The position numbers and the translations under genes are program-made. The notes under the pieces were generated by a model. That model saw only the letters and a list, made by a program, of their open reading frames with translations. It was not told the origin of the DNA and made no database searches. A stretch of 60,934 nt of DNA, counting the filler. It is 6 parts of 6 records of this genome, joined end to end, with 100 filler letters (N's around TTAATTAATTAA, not from the genome) between each part and the next. Parts side by side here need not be neighbours in the genome. Positions count along the whole stretch, not along the records: positions 26,605 to 41,120 come from SRR7504441_1990; positions 41,221 to 49,249 come from SRR7504441_1995; 4 more parts are not named here. One strand, written 5' to 3'. This document shows positions 30,657-44,300 of this stretch, piece by piece (position 1 is the first letter of the stretch; each line of letters starts with the position of its first letter).

Positions 30657-33600
30657 TCATATCGTGTCGTAACGTACAGTTGTCCGGGCCGCATTGCGAA
30701 GAACCTGAGCCAAAAGCTCTTCATCCAGGTTGGGGTAGCTAGGAACTGTGATATAGTTTTCGCATTGTCTTGCAAACGGGCCAGCTGCTGAGGAGGAAGG
30801 TGGATCTTCCAAGTGAAACCCAAGCTCTTCTGGCAAGACAGGGGTGCCGGTTCCAAAAGCAATCAGCGCAAGCCGCTCATCGACAGAGAACTGCCTCAGC
30901 ACTGCCCAGACGCACCGCTCAAGGTCAGCAAGTTCGTTCGGGTCATTTCCACGCCCTTCTGAAGTCCGAGAATCTACAAAGTGCAGTCTACCAACAAAGT
31001 CTTGCACTGACACGTCTCCAGACTTGCCTGCAAGCAGCAACTGGAGGTCTTCCGCCGTGAGACCCTGCAGTGAGATCTCTGGGACAACGTCCAGGAGCCC
31101 AATTTTCATGTTTTCGAGCTCGAGCTTCACGCCGTCAATCATCTCTCCTTTCGCAAAACGGCGCACATATGCTGCCCAGTTGTTTCTGGTGACTGGAATA
31201 GCGTTGCCATCAGGAGTCCATTGGGCTGAAAATTCTAAGCTCATTGAAGAGATATCGAAACTCGGATCCTTCGCGATTGTCTTGATCAGATTTGTAATGG
31301 AGGTATACGTGTCGCCCTTATAGTAAGCTAGGTCCGCTAGGGACACTCGGCGTCCAAGCAGATACTTGTACACATGACGATGGAAGAACACAGGCAGGCG
31401 GCAATCGAACAGCAAAGACAGCCCAAGCAGCCTTCCGACGTTCCGGAACTTCTGCAGCCTCTCAGGCTCACGGGTGCTCCAGCTTGCTGGAGAGAAATGA
31501 CGCAGCTGTTCTTGTGCATCCGACGTTTCTTCAATGCTCTGGTCCGAGGTTAGCAAATCCTCGTCAAATCGCAGAACATGGGCCACTTGAGCAAGGCACG
31601 ACCGAAGCAAGGCTGATCCCTCTCCAAGTTCACCTTCAAATTTGGCCGTGAGCGTTTGTACAGCCAGCGGTGGGACTGACGGCTTTCCTGCATTAGTGTC
31701 TCGCGGGTTCTGAGCTGTCACCTCGACGTAGCACAGATCCATTGACCGGCTGACTTGCTGGAAGATATTGTGCTTGGTGTCCCGACTCACATTGAAGAGC
31801 AGCTTTCGACCCTCACACTTCTCACGCCGCAGCTGAGCCATCTCGGTGCGGAACCGCTTCTCTTTCTTTTCATAGCTGGCCATCAAATGTAAGAAGGAGT
31901 CTGGGCCCACAACAGCTTCAGCTTCGCTGAATTCATTCGCAAACTTCGCAATGGCCATATCCCAGCGCGCCAAAATATCCACTAGCCCTTGCTCCTTCCA
32001 TGGTTGCGATGTTATGGCTTCTCGTGGAGGCGACTTTGCTTCTACGTGCTCCCTTGCAATCTCGGCAACAGGATCAGTCACTTTTCGGAGGTGGGACACG
32101 TTTCGCATCATTCGATCCTTGTGAAGCCACTCTTGCACCCCGCAGCTCTGCCATGCCACAATGGCATCGAGCACAATAGCTACATGGCCATAGTTCGCTT
32201 CAGTGACATTTGGAGCCACCGACAAGACATCCCCATGCGCTGCTCGCAAGCAGGCGAGCAGTCCTCCGTGCAGCTCAGCAGTTGCCACTGCAGAGGTAGC
32301 CTTGTTGGTCCGCGGAAGCCTTTGCACTCGCAGCTCAGCTGCCTTTAGCTGTGCTTGTGTAGAGTCCATCACATGAAAAATCCATTCCCACGACGAGTCG
32401 AGCTGATATCCGGCACATAGCATGGCATCCTCGATCTTTTTGGATCTGAGGGCTCCTCGGGCTTTGTTTAGGATCCCCATAGTGGTGGGAGACTTAGGAC
32501 TGATAATGTCATTCACGCTGTTGATGTTAGATACTGGGGTTGTTGGCTGCTTACAGAGTTCTTCCTTGGCCACAAAAGCAGACTTGTAAATCTCCACCAT
32601 TGTGCGGACCAGAAAGTTGAATGTTGATGCACATACAATGCGAGGATCCTGCTTAGCAGGAGGTCGGGTTTCTTTGCTGCTAGTTGAAACAGTGCTAGCC
32701 TCGCGCTTCCGGGCAAGGGCACTTGGCACCCAAGGCAATTCCGAGTTTGCATTGCTGGTTGCATCTGGAGTGGGAGCAGGCTTTGGTATCAACCGGTCAG
32801 GTATTCCTGGTACTGGCCCAGATAGAGACCCCCCTCCACTTCTGCCCCATCGCATCTTGACGGTTCGAATCTTAATATTATGGCCACGTGTGCGCACAAA
32901 CGCAATATGGACACAGCCTGGAGTCTCGATAGGCTGTGTGAGTAGTTCTGTCCAACCCTCTTGTGCAAGTACATGAGTATGCGCCTCGCCTGCATCAGCG
33001 TTTTCTCGGACAGTCACTCTGACTTCCTGCGGACAATAAGAATCGTCGCTTGACGCGGAGCAATACATCTCCAGAGACTCAAGAACATTATCCCGCTCTG
33101 CAAACTCAAACTCAAGCCAGTGTGTGTTCATTGCCCCGTTGCTCTGCCAGTACCTGTCTAGGCCTGGCAGCAGTATATTGCCGGCAGAGCGCTGTGACGA
33201 AGACGCCAGGACGTTTGCAGCGGGTTGCTTGGACGAATTGGCAGGTCCACACCGCCGGTGTCCAGACCCACCAAAGCAGACTCTGCCAATCTCGGTGGCC
33301 GGGAGGTGAGCCCCTGGCTGTCCAGACGCTACTAGCGGCATCCCCAGCCGCATTGGCTTCAGTACCAATGAGGCAGTTTCCGAGAGGCACTTGATGGCTG
33401 CTTCGGGGACCATATGCAGAGCACCAACAAGTGACTCCCGCAGAGGATCTGACGCATCTCGTGTTGCAGCTCCTGCAAAAGTTGTCGTGAGCACTCGGAC
33501 AACAGCCTGGACCCATCGCTCAGCTGTGCTGCTCATGTGAGTGATTCCAAATGTAAACAGCTTCGCAGCAGTTTGGGTCACTGCCTTTGCCAATTCTTGT

Positions 33601-36600
33601 TTACCTGTCTGGCTACACAGCAGGCTCCACACAAACACGTCTACTGCTGCGCACTCGCCTGAGAGAGCACGCTGCACTGCCTGTAGTGATCTACCACATT
33701 GTGCTGCAAACGATAGACGGTCCAGTGGACCTAACACTGTGTAGGCTTCCAGGGCTGAAAGTCCATTCAGGTCCTGCGACGTGCGCAATTGCTCGTAATT
33801 CAGCATTTTCTCTACAAGTTCTGAGCACGAAGATTCCAATGGAGGGTTGCCTTCTGGGAGAGGGACGGCGTGTACTGACAACCCGAGTAGGGCATGCAGT
33901 GGAGGGGTGCCACCTAGATCAGCTGGAGAGATTGCTGCGAGTTTGGTGGCATCGTCGCACTTTGCTGCAACACATGCGGACTCGACCTCTTCAAGCATCG
34001 CTAGCGCAGTGGTGATGTTGCCATTCTCTAATGCAACAAAGAACGGTGTGCGGCCACCAGAGTCACACGCCTTTAACAAAGAGACAAGTTGTTCTGGCTC
34101 TTTGCTCGCTGTGCAGAGCTCATTGAGAGAGGAAACCGCCCATACTTCATCAGGATGAGATGCAATGAGGTGCATCACATTTCGGCTGCCTCCAACAGTG
34201 TGGTCTGCATTCAACAGCACAGCTTTGTCTTCGGGCAGCTTGCTGTTTACTATGTCAAGCAGTGCAGACTTTGTCGCAGAGAACACAACCACAGTTGCAG
34301 CTACAGGGAGGTTCTCCTGCGGCTTGCTTGCAGGGGCAGCAGCGGCTGATTTTGAGAGAGACGAGATGCTGAGGGTTGGTCGGTCTTGTTCAAGTCGGAG
34401 CATGTAAGTGATGTGCTCACGTCTATTCAGCTCAAACCCGTCAAGCAAATCCTCCACTTCGGCATATTCCTCGGCTTCAAGCAGAGTGCGAATCTCAACC
34501 AGCGCAGGGTCCTCTCTCCTGCTTCCTTCACTTGGCTGCTTTTCGTTCGCCTCAGCTGGAGTACCATGCAAAAGCCCGAGGCTCATGGCGGCTAGAGATG
34601 TGGTGGGTCCAATCGCTGCACTGCACAACTGCAGCTCGCCGTCCTGAGTCTCGGCACAGTCCACTACTGCACCAAGTTCGCTGCACTTGAGCTTGCAGCC
34701 TTTAGACCTGCTGAGATGCTGCACTGTGGCCTGCCACTGCAGCTCTTCCATCGATGCATGCCACTGGACAACAATGCCTTCAGCTGCACCAGGCTGCTTT
34801 CGGCGCTTGAGGGCTGCATGCACACTCCAGCTGGTGGTTACAAGACCCAATACATCAAAGCGTCCAGCACCGGCTTCAATCTCCTGACACAAGTACGGAT
34901 GGACCTCGCCCTGGCTGCTGCCACTCTCGAGCTTGCCGCCAAATATACAGTGTGGTTCTGCTTGGAGCATTTCTGAAGTCTCCTGTATTGCGCTAGCAGG
35001 CGTCAGTTTGTGCACTGCAATGATGTGGCACTGCTTGAGCATCTGGTCTACCATTCCTTCAGCAGCCGCGCCAGGGTCTTTCGAGTCCGAGTGCAGTCTA
35101 ACAAGAGCGGACATCCCCGAGGGCTCCAGCTTTAGAATTGTCCCCCGCTTTCTGCCTGCTGTGGGCGTCAAGAAGATCACAGAGGACGGCTGCAGCTTGC
35201 ATGGTGGCAGAGTTGTCTCAGTCGGGCTGACCACGTCAAACAGAGCTGTTGAATCGAAGTTGGTGACTGCTGTTCTAAGCTTGAGGAATATTGGGTGTCC
35301 AAGCACTCCGCTTGATGGTTCGTACATGGCCAAGGCACCCGCTTCATATATCTCCTCTCGGCGAATAAACACCTCATCTCCCTCGCGCAGCCCATCCACA
35401 GTGGGCGGGCTGAGCGGGGTCCCATCAGTGGCTCGAGGCAGTCTGATCTGGTATGCAGACAGCCTCAAAACGTGCACCCCGCCATCGCCATCCAGCCGAA
35501 CCTTCAAGTTGTTGTGATCCTCCGAATCAGACACAACAGTCGCCGGCTGGAACACGCCATCCCTTGTGAGCTTAGCCTCAACCTGAGTGCCCTGGTTTGG
35601 CGGCTTCCTCACCCCGCCCCTTGAACCCTGTGTCTTATGCGACGTGTGCGTGTGCAGTGGAGCCAACCGACTGCCGCACACCGGCATCCACTCATCCCTG
35701 TCCCAACCCACTCATTGAATCAAGCGCACGAGGCGACTATACCATTTGTTATCCCAGCCGTCAAAATTTATGAGCACAGATGCGCCATCAGCAGATCGCT
35801 TCACGACAGTGGCAGTGTACCTGGGCGTACAATTTAGAGGCAGCAGCCGGTATGCGCGGACACACCAGACAAAGTACTCATCCATCGCATCCACCGCAGT
35901 GTTCGACTCGTCAGCCAGCCAACTCCTAGCCTCTGATGCGGAGCCAGCGTCTCTAGCACTGACAACAGCTTGCCTCCACGGACAAGGCCGCCGGCCCCAG
36001 AAGAAAATCATCCCACTATCTGTCGCTGCCACGCTGAAGAGCTTGGAGGACGCTGCCACGTGAATCACTTTGCCTGCAGTCGCCAGTCGATCACACCGGC
36101 ACACAAGACCGTTGGCAGTACCTGCTTCTGGCGGCACTTTGAGCTCCATCCACTTGTGCTCGAGCGCACTGAAAGCCTCAGCACCGAGTGGGTGCCGCAA
36201 GCTCTGGTCATGCCACGAGGCCACGCGGCCCTCGAGAGTCAGCGCCGTGCACCGGAGCAATGAGCCTGCCAGCTGCACCACAGAGTCGCCCTGAAGCTCC
36301 CTAGAATACCAAACTCAGGCCTTCTGGCTCGAAAAACGGACCTGAGAAAGCCGGGACTGGCCGTATTATCCACCGCAGCGTCTTCGGGCTGTGCTGTCCA
36401 CGGCCAGATGGCAATGGTGCCATCACTCTTAAGCCCAACCACCGCTGCAACAGACAGGCACCGTGAGCCAAAGCAGCAGCAGCTGGCCAGTACCTGAGAG
36501 CATGGCCACCAACTGGGAGCACTGGAGTGGCTTCTGGCTGGGCCCGAGCCACTGTACGGCAGGCCCGTCGAGCTGGAACGCCTGGGCCAGCTGCTGCTGC

Positions 36601-37617
36601 TCCTCTGCCGGGTCCGCAGGGGTCATCATCGCCATCATCTGCTCCCTCTGCATCTCCAGAGTGTTGAGTAACTGCTCCGCCTAGCCCCATCCGGTCAGCG
36701 GGTAAGGCCGGGCGCTGACCTGTTCGACCATCCGTCGAGCCCTGTAGTGATGCTGGTCCTCAGGAGCCTCGTCAGCTATATACGGCATCAGCACCTAGCT
36801 GCCCGCTCAGCTGCCCCTAAGCCGGCAGGGCTCACCCCCATGGCGAGCTGCATCCTATTCTCGCCGGCATCGTTCATCGCATCTTGCGGGAACCGCGAGA
36901 GCGCAGCTATGATCTCCTCAACCGGCATCGATGTTATCGCCTGCAGCTCGGCGATCACCGGGTCGTCCTCTGCGACCTGCGGTGGCCGTCAGACCGGTGC
37001 CCCCCCCCCCCGAGGCGCCTCGTGTCTGATACCCTCCAGCCTGGCCAGGTCTTGCCGCGCCTCCTCCAGCCGCTGCCGAGTCTCGACCACCTCCGCCTCG
37101 AGCTAACCCCCAACCGCTCAGCCGCCGGCCGGCCTGACCCGACCTTCTCGAGCGTGCTGGCCGCCCCCTTTGAGCTCGAGTCCGCGCCGCCGCTCTCTTC
37201 GGCAGGCTTGGGCCGCACCCCGACCCGCCAGACGGTACAGCCCGCTGACAGACCGCACACGGTCATGCTCCCGGCGCGACCGCAGCGGCCAATAGCGGGC
37301 CGGGTGTCGGGTGGGTTACCGGGCTGTGTCGGGTCGGCGCAGTCGGGCTGTACCAGGAACGCGATCGCAGCGGGCCCGATCACCGCGTCCCGGATGCGGC
37401 TGCTGTCGAACGGAAGTCCCTGGAGCCGGCAGGGTGGGCGGGCAGCGGCCGCAGCCCGGGGGCACCTCGATCAGCGTGGCGGCAGCTTGGCGCGGGTCGC
37501 TGGCCACCTGGTGGACTGCCTGGTGCAGCTGGTCCTCGCTGCCCAGCGCTCGCCCGGCCGGCCAGCAAGGCACGGCCGGCACCTGTCGAGCAGGAGGTGC
37601 ACCCCGCCGGACGGCAT
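30657..37617 (-). CDS. UBR5/HYD-like giant HECT E3 ubiquitin ligase with Tudor-like and DOC/APC10 domains, multi-exon 5' region
   Basis: UBR5-like segments SEDQLHQAV, VIGPAAIAFLV, a UBA-like helix bundle, VASWHD...LEH, FFWG, GDEVFIRREEIYEAGALA and GRTPFFVA. DOC: YWQSNG...HWLE...DDSYCP. HECT: FEGELGEGS, FRNVGRLLG, LTAEDLQLLL and PFARQC (catalytic Cys). Confidence 0.85.
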
Positions 37618-37724
37618 GGTGCGCGCCCCCAAGCCGGCTGCGGCGTCGCCCCCTGGGTAGTAGCCCTGAGTGATGCCACTCTGGAGGAGCCTGAGCTGGA
37701 GCAACGGAAAGACTGCTGGACAAT

Positions 37725-39965
37725 ATGGCTGCCGCCGAGGGTAAAGCTTCAGCCCCCCGGGTGTGCTCAGGGCCGGGTGGTTGCAGGCGAAGGTCCTCCG
37801 GCGCCCCGTCTATACGGCGGGCGTGTGGTCCCCACGGCCACCTTCGCTCCGGAGGAGGTGCCCACCCGCACCCGGTGGCGCACTGATCGGTCAACGCGCT
37901 GCAGAAAGCGCTCATCGACCAATTCAGGGAGCGGCTGTCGGCCCAGTTCGAGGAGCTCCCCGACGACATGGTGCTGCGGCCGAGCCCCGCCACCGGCCTC
38001 ACCAGTCTGGGCCACAGACCCTGCTGAGGTTTCTGCGGGCGCGGTCGATGGAGCTGGATCCGGTCCGAGTCTCCGCCCCGCCTGCCCTGATCGGCCGGCG
38101 CGGCAGGCCACCCTCATGTACACCAACCACCGCGCGTTTCGCGACACCCACGAAGCCGACACCATAATCTGGGTACGCCCCCCCGTGCTCGGTGGATGGA
38201 GTCCGATGCGGCCTGCAGGACTTCCATTTCCCTGAGCGAGACCGTGTGGTCGAAGTATACCCGGCGGCGTACCACAAGGTGCGGCCGTCGACCCGGCCCG
38301 CGGGCTGACTGCCGGTGCAGACCGGCAGGCTGGGACACCCGCTGTACATCGAGCGGGTCGGGCAGCTGGACGTGGAGGCTCTGCTCAGAGTCACAACAGT
38401 CGAGCGCTACATCAAGTGGTTGGGCCTGGGGACCGGCTGAATCGCGGGCAGGTACCACATCCAGGCGTACGAGGACATGATCACGAATAAGCTGCCGGCA
38501 TGTGCGATCGCGGCCAACAGACCGGTCACGCAGGGGATCACCATTCTCGATCTGAACGTGACCCGCCGGGGCCCGGGGGCCAGTCCTGACCGGGCTGGTA
38601 GGGGATCTCAATGTCCTTTCTGCTGAACAGCGAGAACCAGGCCTTGCTTAAACGGGTCGGTTGGCTGGCCTGCGTGCGGCTCAGCTGTCGAATCAGGTGA
38701 TTGGGATAGACCAGGACAACTACCCCGAGTGCCTGTACAAGGTCAGCCAGCCGTCCTGCTAGCCCTGGCACTGACGGGCGGGCAGATGTTTGTAGTGAAC
38801 GCTCCCCGCATGTTTACGATGGCTTACTCGCTTATCAAGAACTTTATTGACCCTGTCACGCGGGAGAAGATCCAGGTTCCTAGTGCTGCGCCGCTGGCTG
38901 CTCAGCTGGCCGCAGATCTTTGGCTCGAGCTTCATCGGTGAGCTCGAGAAGCATATAGACATAAAGAACATCCCGGACTTCCTTGGCGGGAAGTCCAAAT
39001 GGGACCCGAGGGTGCAGCCGGGCCCGTGGGAACACATCCTGCCTGCGCCACGCGAGGCGTCGGTCGAGAAGTTTGGGACGCCGCGGCACCCGGCCCCGCG
39101 CTCCGAGAGCCCGTGCCGCAGCCCCAGCCCGTGCAGTTTGGAGGAGATTATTCCAGAGGAGCGCGAATGGGCACCGATTGCGCCCAACAGGGTGAGGCCG
39201 TTGGGCACTGCGGGGCTGCTCCGTTTCGCGAGGAGGTCACAAAAGCGGGGGATGTTCACGGTGGTGGCCAAGGAGGCGAATAACGAGCAGGTGGCTTACA
39301 AGACCATCAACTGCTGGGGAGGCGTTTACAGCAGCAGCAACAGCAGCAGGCTCCGGTTGAGAGCCTCGTCCAAGACTGAGAGGATGGAAGAAGAGCGGCG
39401 GATTCTTCAGGACATGGCAGGCCGGGTCTCGCCGGAAGGCACTGTGAGCGTGTCTTACGCCTTCCACCAGGCGGCTACGGCGCGTAACGTGGACGATCTG
39501 GCCCAGGCATTAGCAGCAGGTTCGGCTCCTAACCATGACGGGATGATCCAAGTGAAGCTCGCAGGAGGCCTGTTCCCTAAATGGGCCCAGCTGTTTGTTT
39601 CAGTGGCTGGAGGGGTGCTGGTCTGCAAAGAGGCCCCGTGGGCAAAGGACGCGCTGGCCCCAGCGTCGTTGCTTCAGGCCACAGGAGTTAGCCTCAACCA
39701 AGGCCGGTACATCAAAGTTGAGGGGCTGAAGCCACCGCTTGAGCTGTGGCACGAGGAAGAGCACGAGGCCATGACTTGGTTTATCACGCTCTGGTGCAGC
39801 AGAATCATGTCCAGGGTGGCCGCCCACCTGACGGCATTAGATCAAGATCAGGTCTCCCTCGACTGAGCGTGTCTGTCGCCAAGTTGACTGTGCAGGCGGT
39901 TCAGTGGTGGAGTCAGGAGCTGACCAAGATCGACCATGTGTTTCTGGAGAGAGCTGCGACACAGG
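37725..39965 (+). CDS. SEC14/CRAL-TRIO lipid-binding protein with a C-terminal PH-like region; many micro-exons; 3' end uncertain
   Basis: Spliced TLLRFLRAR, YHK.TGRLGHPLYIERVGQLD, ITILDL, DQDNYPE, MFVVNAP, FIDPVTREKI and IPDFLGG. Confidence 0.88.
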
Positions 39966-40617
39966 TGGGCTTGCCACTGAGCCTTAACCGAGCCTGGTAT
40001 AATTGAAATGACAACTCCTCCCTGACCCACCCCTGCAAATGCCTCCTGACAGCCCTCAAAGTTGGGGGTACCTTGTGATAGTTTTCTTAAGTTGTATTTG
40101 ATACCATTCGAGCATGTCAATGACGGGGGCTGTCTGTCAGACTCATGAGACATCAGATGGATTAAGTGAAAAGAACGGCCTAGTTTCCAAAGCCGCCAAT
40201 GCCACATTCTCAAAGGTGTCCTGTCGCCGTGTTATTTGTTCATGAGCCAACCACATCCATCAGTTCTGAGCTGTTGTTGCGGCAGGCGCGGGACTTGAAG
40301 GATAAAGTATTCAACTTCTTTTGATACCCGATGACTTGAAATCTTCCTATGGACTACCAGTCTGGACAAACTTCACGCCTCAGATGGTCGTGCGAGCTGA
40401 TTTCACCGAGTAATAGGCAAATAGGAGAGCTTGGAACAGCTCGGAGCATATGACTAGCTCGAATTAATTACATTATACACTAACACAATTCACAATCATT
40501 CATGAACTATTCATGAACACTCTTTCGCCTGTATCGCCAATGATTCACGAATAGAATCTTATGGTCCAAATTACACGGCTGGATTACAATATAAAATCAG
40601 AGTTCTCTCATAACGTG

Positions 40618-41120
40618 TCATAACCCAAACAAGCAAGCGATCTCTTCTCTCGTGTGAGTCACGTCCGCGCTCAAGAGCTCACAGAAGTGCTCTTGTTGAT
40701 TCATGACCGCTCGAGCCAGATCTCCCTCGCCCACCTGCACCACACCGCGCAGCACGCTCTCCAGCCCAGCCTTGAGCTGCTCCGTGCTTTCGGCCATCAG
40801 CCTCATCAGCTGGTCCAGCTCACTCATCACGCGCGGACCCACCGGGTGATCCCGCCCCGCCGGCTCTTCGGACTCCCAGTTGGTGTTCCGAGCGTCCATC
40901 AGCTGATAGACCTGCCACACCGGTCACTCTCGACACCGAGCTCAGGCACCTCTCCCGAAAGCTTCGCCACAGCCCTCGTCAGTTCCCCAATCTCGGTGTC
41001 GCCACCGGCCAGCAGCGCAGCACCGGGTCGGCGAGCTGCGGGAGGTCGACCGTCTCCGGCGGGAGAACGCCCGGCTCCGGCGGCGCGAGGCGGGCGGGCC
41101 GGGCCGGGTGGAGCGGCTAG
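40618..41120 (-). CDS. Partial hypothetical gene, 5'-truncated by contig end
   Basis: Coding-like GC-rich frame (MWQVYQLMDARN...). No family recognised. Confidence 0.4.
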
Positions 41121-41220
41121 NNNNNNNNNNNNNNNNNNNNNNNNNNNNNNNNNNNNNNNNNNNNTTAATTAATTAANNNNNNNNNNNNNNNNNNNNNNNN
41201 NNNNNNNNNNNNNNNNNNNN
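41121..41220. other. Artificial contig-joining linker
   Basis: 44 N + TTAATTAATTAA + 44 N. Confidence 0.98.
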
Positions 41221-41347
41221 CCACCATGTAGGTGGCATCGAAAGATACCGGTAACCGCCATTTTTATGAAATGAGTTAACAGAATAAAAACAAACATCAC
41301 TCACTCTAAAGTCCTACTCTACGGACATGGAGGGAGCGATGGTGGTT

Positions 41348-44300
41348 CTATGAACTACAGACTAGCGTTACAAGCAATTCAGTAGTAGGGCACAATGATA
41401 TAGCCCGACGGAGTACAACCATCAGCCAACTGGCTTCAAGTGCTTGAGGTTTTCCATATCTTTGTCTATGCGTATTTGATCTTCTGGCTGATCTGCATGC
41501 AGTCCAACAAGCTGGCCCTGTGACAAAATAGTTTATCACACCAATATAGTGTAACAAAATAGTTTGTTGCAGGAGCAGCTGACATGTCTCCAATATAATC
41601 ACTACATTTGCTCGGACATGTTAAGGGTTGAATCCACCGGTTCAGATCCCACAGCCACTTCTACAAGTTGCTCTTGAGAGGAAGCAAGTCGTCCAATGTA
41701 GGACCTGGCGTTTTGCATAATAATCTTCAATTTTTCAAACTCGCAAATATCGTAAGTCCCAAAATAGTATGAGCGGGTTCTCTTGTTGTCATTGACATAT
41801 CGCTTTCCAGACACTTTGAGGACCTTAGGTAGGGTATCGCCTGTACTGAGGTCCACGACATCGCCCAGAGGAGAAATGATGCTTGCAATCACAGCATTGA
41901 TGGGTAATGCACTCACTGTACCTTCCTGCGAGTCTGAGCGTGTCAGTATGTCAGATCTTTGCGCGCCAAAGTCTACATCTCTCTACAAGGCAAGAAGCAC
42001 TAAGTTGGTCCAGAGTTTGGAGCTACCGTGTGCGTGGCGATTAGTGCAGTGTCCAGCATGTACATGTTGACATGAAGGTAATCCTGCAACAAAGCGAAAC
42101 GATCAAAGCAGAGGTGCGGCAATTTCCTGGAAACCTGCTCAGTGAGAGCACCACCCTGAAGCTGATTGACTTGGACAGCCACATCTTCGGTTGGTGTCTC
42201 GTCCTCAGCTACTGGAGTGGCAGTCTGCCCATTACTTTGAAACGCCTCTGGATCCATGCTTTGCACAAATGGTGATAACTGATCTAGCAAAAGGATTCCC
42301 TTGTTTTCGAACCCTTCAGAAGGAGCACCGGCCTCAGCACTACTCACAGCCTGTTCAAACTTCTTGCCCTCGTCAGGGTACACCATGAGCTGGCTCTTTT
42401 CATCTCTCCTGTTCATGTAGAGCATGTCAGTAGCTTTCTTGATCAGTCCAGCTTCATGATCATCGTTTGCAAGGGAATCTCCTAGGAAATCTTCAATTGC
42501 CTCCTGTTTGCGAGCCTGTGCTTTGTCTTCAGCTGTAGATACATCAGCATCTCCCCTGCTCAAGGTTACAATCCTGAAAACTCTGAACATGGCAGCATAG
42601 TCCCTCCGAATTTCATGACGGGCTTTGAAAATCATGCAGAGAGATGCGAGATGCCGATGCCCTTCAAAGATCAGGCCCATCTCATTTGCTTTGGCAATCA
42701 TGCCGTTGCCATGAGGGTGAACACCACCGTGAGGGTTCCAGTCAAACAGAACCTTGCCTGAGTCATTGATAGAGTACTTCCCATCGAGGAGCTCGCTTTG
42801 GAGATACCGAGCAGCTGTGCCAAATGACCCTTCATATGTCTGGTCTTTGAGTGCATTCCTCGAGGTGAGATAGTGGTTCAAGTAACTCTCGTTCCTGAAG
42901 TAGAAAACACTCTCAAACAGTTCATCAACGTGCCCAACTGTACTCTTGAACCATTGAGACATCTCAAAGAATTCTGTTCTCTCAAGTTCAAGCTGGAACA
43001 GCGCCTCTGCCTTGCTGGTAAGCTCAGCATTGAAATCGTTTATGCGCGTGGTCCTGCTCACCCGCTTATCACTTGTGACGCTTTTGATAATTTGTTCAAT
43101 GCAGTCTTGCTGGATGTCAGCTAGCAACTGCTCAAACTGCTCCCATGACTTTGCACCATCAACACAGAGCCTGCCAAGCAGGTCTTGTTCCCAGTTTGCA
43201 GAGGCCCGCTTCCTTTTATCATCTTCTGCAAGGCGCAGATGCATTGCCACAAAGTCTGAATACGCAAGTTCTTCACCTGCTTGAATGAAGCTAATCCGGT
43301 CATCCCAGAGTGTGATGTCACCATCACTACCAGAGTGCTGGGAATCAGCACAGTCTGCCAAATGCGATGCCCGGATGCGACCAACCCAGTCTTGGAGCGT
43401 TTCATGGCTCACAGAGCCCTGGGTACCAGAGGACCCGTTTCCAATGGCCTCAGCTCCTTGGGTGAGCATCACATGCACAACACCATAAATTGCTCTAGCC
43501 TTCAGGATCAGATAAGCTGTGCGCAAGACAGCAGGTCCGAAATGAGGTTCACAGTCCTTCCCTCGGAAGTTGCTTGTGTCTCCTCTTTTGAATTCTCCCA
43601 TAGGGGCAAACACAATTCCATCGTGATCCCTCTCGACAAACTGGTCCAGTGGCTCAAAGATTTTCTTACAGCCCTCTTCTAGACCCTCCATGATTGTATT
43701 TGCGTTCTGTATAAGTTGAGTAAATGATTTCTGGGGACTGGACGAACATAACGGATCAGCACTGGCTGCTTCTGTCATGTTGTTTGCAAACAACCTGAAA
43801 GCGATCGTCTCATCTTCGACCTCCTTAAACTTCATATACCTGCGATTGCCTGTGGCATACATGGCAACAAATAGATCTGTAATGTAGTACTCCAGAAACA
43901 GGGCCATCGCGTATGGGATCGGAGCTTGAATGTGATCAAAGCAAGCCAGTCCTCTGTCTAGACTCTTATCTTCTTCCGGTGATCGGTAATCAACAGGATC
44001 GACCAGCGTCTTCCAGGCATTATAAAGCTCCTCTGTCTTGATGAAGAGATCGTACAGGGACGTTCCAGTGGTCAAATCTCCAAATATTTCATTCCAGTGA
44101 GCATCAGCAATGATCTCTACTCCACCCATTGCATTTCTGCTTGCCTGATAGTTGTCTGCATAGGCTCCAAAGTTCTGGCCAGCAGGGGCAGATGGAAGTG
44201 CATAGTACTCAAATAACAGTTTGAGATCTTTGTACCACATTTTGATCCCAGCAGCAACCGTATTTCCCATTACTTGGTCCTTTATTACTGTCAAAGTTGC

